Virus record (IMG/VR): IMGVR_UViG_3300025120_000048
Location: 1 to 61,608 of that record
Direction: 5' to 3' (one strand)
Length of the DNA: 61,608 nt
From: a virus
Lineage: Duplodnaviria; Caudoviricetes
The position numbers and the translations under genes were made by a program. Below the pieces are notes generated by a model. The model did no database searches. It was not told the origin of the DNA and worked only from the letters and a program-made list of their open reading frames with translations. Below are positions 55,250 through 61,608 of this stretch, in pieces (positions within the stretch are counted from its first letter, which is position 1; each line of letters begins with the position of its first letter).

Positions 55250-57637
55250 ATGGCAATAATTTATAGCTATCCTAACCAGACGAATCCTGTGGCAACTGAC
55301 CTATTATTGGGTACAGATGCAGATGGCAAGAATAATGTAACAAAAAACTTTACAATACAGAGTATTATTGACCTTGTGAACCCAAGTGTTCCAGGTGGTG
55401 GTACCGTTACTAATATATTGACTACTGGAGACACCTTTGTTTCCTTATCGGGTGGCCCTATTACTACAACTGGGACGATTACTGCTGGACTTACTGCAGG
55501 TGGAGCCCCTTCTGCTACTACATTCCTTCGTGGTGACAATACTTGGGCAGCTGTAAACGCAGATAACACTACATACGTAATTAGAAGCACTCAAAGTGGT
55601 GCAAATGCAAACATATTACTCACCGGGTCTGATTTATTGCAGACAACAGTGAGTCTACAGCCAGGACCGTTCATTACATTAACTGATGACGGATTTAATG
55701 GTATAGAAATTTCTGCGGCAAACGTGCCGTTGGGGACAGTAACGAGTGTGGAACCTGGTAAAGGACTTGCAATGGAAACAGGGGTAGCTGAGGTTAACCC
55801 TGAGTTGCAGGTCGAACCTAATGGCCCTAATAATTATATAAGAGTATTTGATACACCTACTACTCCTACTCAAACTGACTTCATTCCTTTTAATCAAGTA
55901 TCATCTGGTAATGTAAAATCAACATCTTTTAGTACAATACCAATAGATGCAGTAGATTTAATAAAAGCATATATAGATACAGGTGATGATGGTGATGTAA
56001 GAAACAATACTGATACATTTACAACTACAGGTGTAGTTAATCAGGTTGTAAGTTTAACTTCGGCTGAATATACAGCTATAGGGACTAAGGACCCTAATAC
56101 ATTATATGTAGTTATAGCATCTAACCCTAGTTTTACTGTTACTCAAAGCTTAATTAATAATATTACAGGTGGTACTGCAGGTGTGGACTACGTATTATCA
56201 GGCCCGGCTGACGGAGCAACACAAGTTGGTGTAGCCGGAACGCCTTATGCGTTTACAGTTACTGCTAGTCCTGCTAGTGGAAAATATTTTTCGAGCGCCT
56301 TCGCCGCTACTAATCCTTCGGGGGCTATATCAGCAGATGCTACAGTCACAAACACATTGACAGGTACGATTGCTGCCATACCGGCTGGCACGTGTACGGC
56401 TACTGCAGTAATTACAAATAATATATCAGGTGGTGGTAATGGATCGGTGAGTGTAACTCCTGGAACAGATGGAGGAACATGTCCTCACACATATTCATTT
56501 ACAGCATCCGCATCTGCTAATTCAGGATTTGCATTTACATCTGGTCCGTTTTTTAACGGATCGGCGAGCGGAACAATCACAGGTACAGCTACAGGTAATC
56601 AAAATGTACCAATATCAGTTACTGGAACTATTGCAGCATCAACAGCCCCGCAGTGTACAGTAACACTAAATGTAGATACAAGTGGAATAACAGGTACAGA
56701 ATTTACATTATCTGGCGATACCACAGGATCTACAAGATCTGGTAATTGTGGTGATGGTTATGCATTCTCAACACAGGCTATTGCAAATTCAGGATATGAA
56801 TGGGCATCAGGGCCTGTTGTAAATAATAATAGTGGTAATCTATCTAATACTACAGTAACTACAACTATAACAGGAGTAATACAGGTATCAACACCTTCAA
56901 CATGTGTTACGACATTAGCACTACAAAATGGTATTATAAACAATTCCGGTGTACAACCTTCAGTTGCTTATACAATAGGTGGTGATATAGCAGGGGCTAC
57001 AGATTCTAGTAACTGTCCAAATTCATATAGCTTTACTACAACAGTAACACCTAATAGTGGTTATCAGTTTACATCAGGACCAACAATAGTAAATGCGCAA
57101 GGAACTTCTAATACATCTGAAATAGTTTTAACAACTATAACAGGAACAGTTGAAGCAATAGCAACAAATATAACAATAACACCTTTACTTGATACTAGTG
57201 GTATAACTGGTACTCAATATAGCACATCCACTCCTGCAGCAGTAGTAGGATTGCCTCCTCAAAATTATAGTTTTACCCCAACAATTACAGCTAATGCCGG
57301 ATATGTATTTACTTCTGGACCTACATTTAATCCACCTCTTCCTGCAACAGGATCAGCAAGTGTAGATACAACAGTAACAATAACAGTTACAGGTACTGTA
57401 GCAACAACTCCGCCGCTAGGAACACAATTAATAAGATGTGATAATAGTACAACGACATGGTACACACCAACAACTAACATATCTTCAGGATTTACTTATT
57501 ATAGTGCTGGAGGAGTTTGTTACAGAAGTATGGGTAATACTTATAGTCTTACTGGATTAACTAGTGTTGGTACTGGTGGAACAGTTTACCCTCCTGGAGC
57601 GCCAGGAAATCCTTGTATTGGGGTTGGACCTTGTTAA
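55250..57637 (+). CDS. Tail fibre/virion appendage protein with tandem Ig-like repeats
   Basis: MAIIYSYP start, FLRGDNTW, about five ~85-aa Thr-rich repeats containing A.SGY.F.SGP. Confidence 0.7.
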   Translation: MAIIYSYPNQTNPVATDLLLGTDADGKNNVTKNFTIQSIIDLVNPSVPGGGTVTNILTTGDTFVSLSGGPITTTGTITAGLTAGGAPSATTFLRGDNTWAAVNADNTTYVIRSTQSGANANILLTGSDLLQTTVSLQPGPFITLTDDGFNGIEISAANVPLGTVTSVEPGKGLAMETGVAEVNPELQVEPNGPNNYIRVFDTPTTPTQTDFIPFNQVSSGNVKSTSFSTIPIDAVDLIKAYIDTGDDGDVRNNTDTFTTTGVVNQVVSLTSAEYTAIGTKDPNTLYVVIASNPSFTVTQSLINNITGGTAGVDYVLSGPADGATQVGVAGTPYAFTVTASPASGKYFSSAFAATNPSGAISADATVTNTLTGTIAAIPAGTCTATAVITNNISGGGNGSVSVTPGTDGGTCPHTYSFTASASANSGFAFTSGPFFNGSASGTITGTATGNQNVPISVTGTIAASTAPQCTVTLNVDTSGITGTEFTLSGDTTGSTRSGNCGDGYAFSTQAIANSGYEWASGPVVNNNSGNLSNTTVTTTITGVIQVSTPSTCVTTLALQNGIINNSGVQPSVAYTIGGDIAGATDSSNCPNSYSFTTTVTPNSGYQFTSGPTIVNAQGTSNTSEIVLTTITGTVEAIATNITITPLLDTSGITGTQYSTSTPAAVVGLPPQNYSFTPTITANAGYVFTSGPTFNPPLPATGSASVDTTVTITVTGTVATTPPLGTQLIRCDNSTTTWYTPTTNISSGFTYYSAGGVCYRSMGNTYSLTGLTSVGTGGTVYPPGAPGNPCIGVGPC

Positions 57638-57664
57638 AATAATAAAAAAACAAAAAAATAAATA

Positions 57665-60600
57665 ATGGCAATAATTTACAGTTATCCCCAAGCGACGCCA
57701 AAAGCATCAGACTTTATAATAGGTACAGTAACTTATGATGCGGCATCGTCTAATCCTGAAAGGGAAAATCCTACAAGGCAATTTAAGATAGCTGATTTAG
57801 CATCTGTATTGCCAGGTAATCAATATACACTAACTAGCTCTTCACAAGGATCATCTTCACTAATACAATTAACAGATGGAACTGGTGCTTTAAGCGGTAC
57901 AGTAAATGTAACTGCAGGGGCTGGAATAACTTTACAAGCAAGTACAGCTAATAACATTGTAATAACAAATGATGGTGTTGCAAGCTTTACCGCTGCTGCA
58001 ACAACATTTATAAATCCAGGTTTAGCTGTTGTAAGTGGGGTAACATCAATTGCTCCGTATCTTACAGCAACAGGTAGTCCTGGCGGAACTAATTATTTAC
58101 GAGGTGATAATACATGGTCAATACCAGTAACTACGCTTGATACTACAGATGGTACATTTGTAAATTTAACACCCAACACTGCATCAACAGGTTCAGTTGT
58201 TGTAACGGCTGATCTTTCAGCAACGGGAACACCTGGTAATAGTAATTATTTAAGAGGAGATAATCAATGGTTCACTCCTGTTAATAGTCTTACAACTACG
58301 GATGGTACTTATATAAATCTTACACCTAATACAGCAGCAACAGGAACAGTAACAGTAACAGCTGATTTATCTGCAACAGGTTCAGCTTCTAATCAAACAT
58401 TTTTACGTGGCGATAATGTGTGGGCAACCCCAGGTGGAGGTGGTACAGTAATAGGTACGGGTACTGCTGGTAAAATAACTAAATGGATTGCTACATCAGA
58501 AGTAGGAGATTCTATAATGACAGAAATAGCTACTACTATATCGGTAGCTGGCAATATTAGTACACAAGGTGCTGAAATAAATAAATATCTTACAGATGGT
58601 GCGGGAAATAACGGTACAGACGGACAATTACTTTCAAGTACAACGGTAGGAGGAGATAAAGAGGTGGCATGGATAGATGCCCCTGCTTCAGGGGTAGTTA
58701 CAATAAATACTACTACACCTAATCAGTTAGCTATTACTAATGCTTCAGGACCAACTACTACATTAGATATAACTACACAAGCTATAAGTGGAGCTGGTTC
58801 AACAGGACTAGCAACTGGCGCCCAAATTGCAACTTATGTAACAACTAATATAAATAATAAAATACAAAATATTGTTGATCCCACAAGTGCTCAAGATGCG
58901 GCAACTAAAAATTATGTAGATACAAGTATAGTCGGTTCAGGATCTTTAATATTTCAAGGTGGATATAATGCATCTACAAATACACCTGATTTAACTACAT
59001 CACCAAACTCTATTAAAAAGGGATGGACATATGTTGTTACAGTTGCAGGTGATGCAAGTGGCTTTTGGAGTCCTACTTTAGGAATAGGTGATTTAGTAAT
59101 AGCTAATCAAGATAATCCTACTTCAGCAAGTGAATGGACAGAAGTTCAAAGTAATATAGACGTTGCTACAGATACAATACAAGGTATTGCTAATTTCCCA
59201 ACAGCTGGAGGTTTATCGGTAACAGCAGGTGCTGTATCAATGCCAGATACCGGAGTTACTGCAGGATCATATACAAACTCTGATATTACTGTAGATGCAA
59301 AAGGTAGAATCACTACAGCATCAAGCGGGTCTGCTGGAGGTGTTACATCACTTATAGCAGGATCAGGTATATCAATATCTTCAAGTACGGGTAATGTTAC
59401 TATAACTAATTCAGCTCCCGCATCTGCTAGCCAAGTAAGTGGTGGAGGTACGCAACATTATGGTGCTAAATGGACTACAACATCAGGAGCAATAACATCA
59501 AGCCCAATATTATTTGATTCATCTGGAGGAACAGGTGCATACATGGATTTAGGTAGATTATCCAATCCAAATAATGGAGGACAAATGCAGGTACGTGTAT
59601 CTACATTAAGTTTATATTCTCAATTTTTAGATGCAAATCAATCCGCAGGAACAGCAGGTCAACTATTGTCTTCTACTGCTAGCGGTACTGATTGGGTAGA
59701 TGCACCAGTTGGGGAAATATATACATTATTATCTGCAACAGATGGTTCTAATGTAGATTTAAAATTAGATGCTACAAGTGCTGGAGGAGCAGATTCAACA
59801 GTTCAATTTACTGCAGGCAGCAATATGACCATTACTCAAACTAGTGGAACTGATATTACGTTTGCAGCAGCTGATGAAATAAATGAAATAATAGTTACAG
59901 TTCAAAGTGTAGGAGGAAGTAATAAATATTTTATAGATGGTGCGCAACAAATTTCATTAGAACTTGTAGCAGGTATAACATATAGATTAGATCAATCTGA
60001 TTCTTCAAATAGTACACATCCATTAAGATTTTCTACAAATCCTAACAATAGTCCATCAGCACCTTATACAACAGGTGTTACAGCAGTAGGTACTCCTGGA
60101 TCTGCTGGTGCATATACACAAATAATATTAGAACAAGATACACCTAAACTTTATTATTACTGTACTAATCATTCGGGAATGGGTGGTGAAGTTATAGATC
60201 CAAGAGCAGCTGGACCATTTACATCATTTACAGCAACTGATGGAACATTTATAAACTTCACTCCTAATACATCACAAACAGGTGCTATAACATTAACAGG
60301 CGATTTAAATGCTACAGGTACACCAGGATCTCAATCATTTTTGCGAGGAGATAATCAATGGGTAATACCTTCTACATATTCATTTGATGTTTCTGCAGAT
60401 GCTGCAGCGCCAGGAAATAATAATCCTCAAACTGTTCCAGATGCAGGACAACTAAGAATAATAGGCAATTCTAAAGGTTTAACAAGCACTATTTCATATT
60501 CTAATCCTGTTGTTACTACAGAAATAACCCCTGATTATACAACATCAAGTAATATAATATTATCAGCAGCAGATGGCACATCAGATACACTTATAGATGC

Positions 60601-61426
60601 AGACGATATTATATTTAGTAATGGTAATACTGTAAAATACGCTAATCTTTCACAGGTTAAATCATATATTGGTGGAGTAAGTTCTTCACTAGTTAAAAAT
60701 GATTATACAGGAGATGGCACAACAACTGATTTTACATTATCTAATGCACCATTTTCAAATTTATACACTAATGTATTTATAAATGGTGTTTATCAAGAAA
60801 AAGAAACATATACAGTAACAGGTACAACATTAGCATTTTTAACTGCACCTCCAAATAATTTATCTATTGAGGTACTAACAACAGTAGCAAGTAGTGTAGT
60901 TCCAGGGGCAAATAGCTTAAGTAATTTCCAAACCACAGGTGATGGAACAACAATTGCATTTAATTTATCAGCCGCTCCTGCAAATGAAAACTTTACTAAT
61001 GTATTTATAAATGGAGTATACCAAAATAAAACTACATATAATATAGCAGGTACCACATTATCATTTACGTCAGGTGCACCGGCTACAGGAGATATTATAG
61101 AGGTCATGATTATTACAAGTGCATCGCTTGTTAATCTTACTCCTTCTAATTATGCTACTCAAACAATATCAACAAGTATAACAGGAGTTAAAAATACGTT
61201 ATATGTATTTACAGCAAATTTAACATTAACATTACCCGCTACGCCTGCAAATGGGGATTCAATAAAAATTAGTAACTTGTCGGGAGTTGCAACATGTATA
61301 CTTGCAAGAAACGGAAGTTTAATAATGGGCAGTGCAACAGATTTAACATTAAATAATGCAGCAGCAAGTTTTGAATTAATATATTCTGGTGCGACAAAAG
61401 GTTGGGTAATTATAGGCCCACAATAA
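57665..61426 (+). CDS. Long mosaic tail fibre protein
   Basis: MAIIYSYP start, LRGDN.W repeats, DAATKNYVD, ITVDAKGRIT, cupredoxin-like YCTNHSGMG, two GDGTT...VFINGVYQ repeats. Confidence 0.8.
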   Translation: MAIIYSYPQATPKASDFIIGTVTYDAASSNPERENPTRQFKIADLASVLPGNQYTLTSSSQGSSSLIQLTDGTGALSGTVNVTAGAGITLQASTANNIVITNDGVASFTAAATTFINPGLAVVSGVTSIAPYLTATGSPGGTNYLRGDNTWSIPVTTLDTTDGTFVNLTPNTASTGSVVVTADLSATGTPGNSNYLRGDNQWFTPVNSLTTTDGTYINLTPNTAATGTVTVTADLSATGSASNQTFLRGDNVWATPGGGGTVIGTGTAGKITKWIATSEVGDSIMTEIATTISVAGNISTQGAEINKYLTDGAGNNGTDGQLLSSTTVGGDKEVAWIDAPASGVVTINTTTPNQLAITNASGPTTTLDITTQAISGAGSTGLATGAQIATYVTTNINNKIQNIVDPTSAQDAATKNYVDTSIVGSGSLIFQGGYNASTNTPDLTTSPNSIKKGWTYVVTVAGDASGFWSPTLGIGDLVIANQDNPTSASEWTEVQSNIDVATDTIQGIANFPTAGGLSVTAGAVSMPDTGVTAGSYTNSDITVDAKGRITTASSGSAGGVTSLIAGSGISISSSTGNVTITNSAPASASQVSGGGTQHYGAKWTTTSGAITSSPILFDSSGGTGAYMDLGRLSNPNNGGQMQVRVSTLSLYSQFLDANQSAGTAGQLLSSTASGTDWVDAPVGEIYTLLSATDGSNVDLKLDATSAGGADSTVQFTAGSNMTITQTSGTDITFAAADEINEIIVTVQSVGGSNKYFIDGAQQISLELVAGITYRLDQSDSSNSTHPLRFSTNPNNSPSAPYTTGVTAVGTPGSAGAYTQIILEQDTPKLYYYCTNHSGMGGEVIDPRAAGPFTSFTATDGTFINFTPNTSQTGAITLTGDLNATGTPGSQSFLRGDNQWVIPSTYSFDVSADAAAPGNNNPQTVPDAGQLRIIGNSKGLTSTISYSNPVVTTEITPDYTTSSNIILSAADGTSDTLIDADDIIFSNGNTVKYANLSQVKSYIGGVSSSLVKNDYTGDGTTTDFTLSNAPFSNLYTNVFINGVYQEKETYTVTGTTLAFLTAPPNNLSIEVLTTVASSVVPGANSLSNFQTTGDGTTIAFNLSAAPANENFTNVFINGVYQNKTTYNIAGTTLSFTSGAPATGDIIEVMIITSASLVNLTPSNYATQTISTSITGVKNTLYVFTANLTLTLPATPANGDSIKISNLSGVATCILARNGSLIMGSATDLTLNNAAASFELIYSGATKGWVIIGPQ

Positions 61427-61446
61427 AATAAATAAATAAATAAATT

Positions 61447-61608
61447 ATGAGTAATTTTACAGATTTTTTTCCAGCAGCAGGCGGTGGTGGATTAACACCA
61501 AAGTTTGAAGAATTTAATTCTTCTAGTACATTTACGCCTACTCAAGCTTTAATTGATGCTGGAGGATATATAGAAGTATTTTTAGTAGCTGCAGGAGGAA
61601 GGTCTCAA
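61447..61608 (+). CDS. 5' part of a glycine-rich fibre protein (truncated)
   Basis: MSNFTDFFPAAGGGG...EF.SS.TFT...VFLVAAGG. Confidence 0.6.
   Translation, partial: MSNFTDFFPAAGGGGLTPKFEEFNSSSTFTPTQALIDAGGYIEVFLVAAGGRSQ

Noticed and set aside
57665-61426. Fibre repeats as a diversity-generating retroelement target
   Set aside because: No reverse transcriptase seen, and the repeats differ at synonymous positions rather than at adenines specifically
1-61608. Stop-codon reassignment as in some crAss-like phages
   Set aside because: Standard code gives intact, densely packed genes, with TAA, TGA and occasional TAG all used as stops

Overview
Near-complete, circularly permuted genome of an AT-rich tailed dsDNA phage. 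Both window ends fall in the tail-fibre region. Gene order is podovirus/crAss-like, and the host is probably a Bacteroidota/Flavobacteriia member (A-rich, SD-less start regions; SSB ending DLPF; a signal peptide followed by Gln). The + strand (55.1 kb to the end, then 1-37.9 kb) carries tail fibres, a groEL-groES pair, many small basic proteins, lysis genes, terminase, portal, scaffold, capsid, tail and three putative ejection proteins, the largest 2239 aa. The - strand (54.8 kb down to 37.9 kb) carries an early region of tiny ORFs followed by replication, recombination and nucleotide-metabolism genes (sigma factor, ERF, RecE-like nuclease, SSB, primase-helicase, ThyA, MazG fusion, endonuclease, NrdB, NrdA). 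I see no DNA polymerase, RNA polymerase, integrase, tRNA or CRISPR array. Most notable: nine co-oriented copies of a 34-bp motif (YACG-N7-YACG-N8-TRGATAATA), each 15-25 nt upstream of an early start codon and unlike the Bacteroidota housekeeping promoter. The giant putative ejection protein contains a zincin protease motif, a sigma-70 region-2-like segment and recurring KxSK motifs. Together these suggest a virion-delivered, possibly self-processed sigma-like factor that starts early transcription. All family assignments are by eye from motifs; no database search was run.
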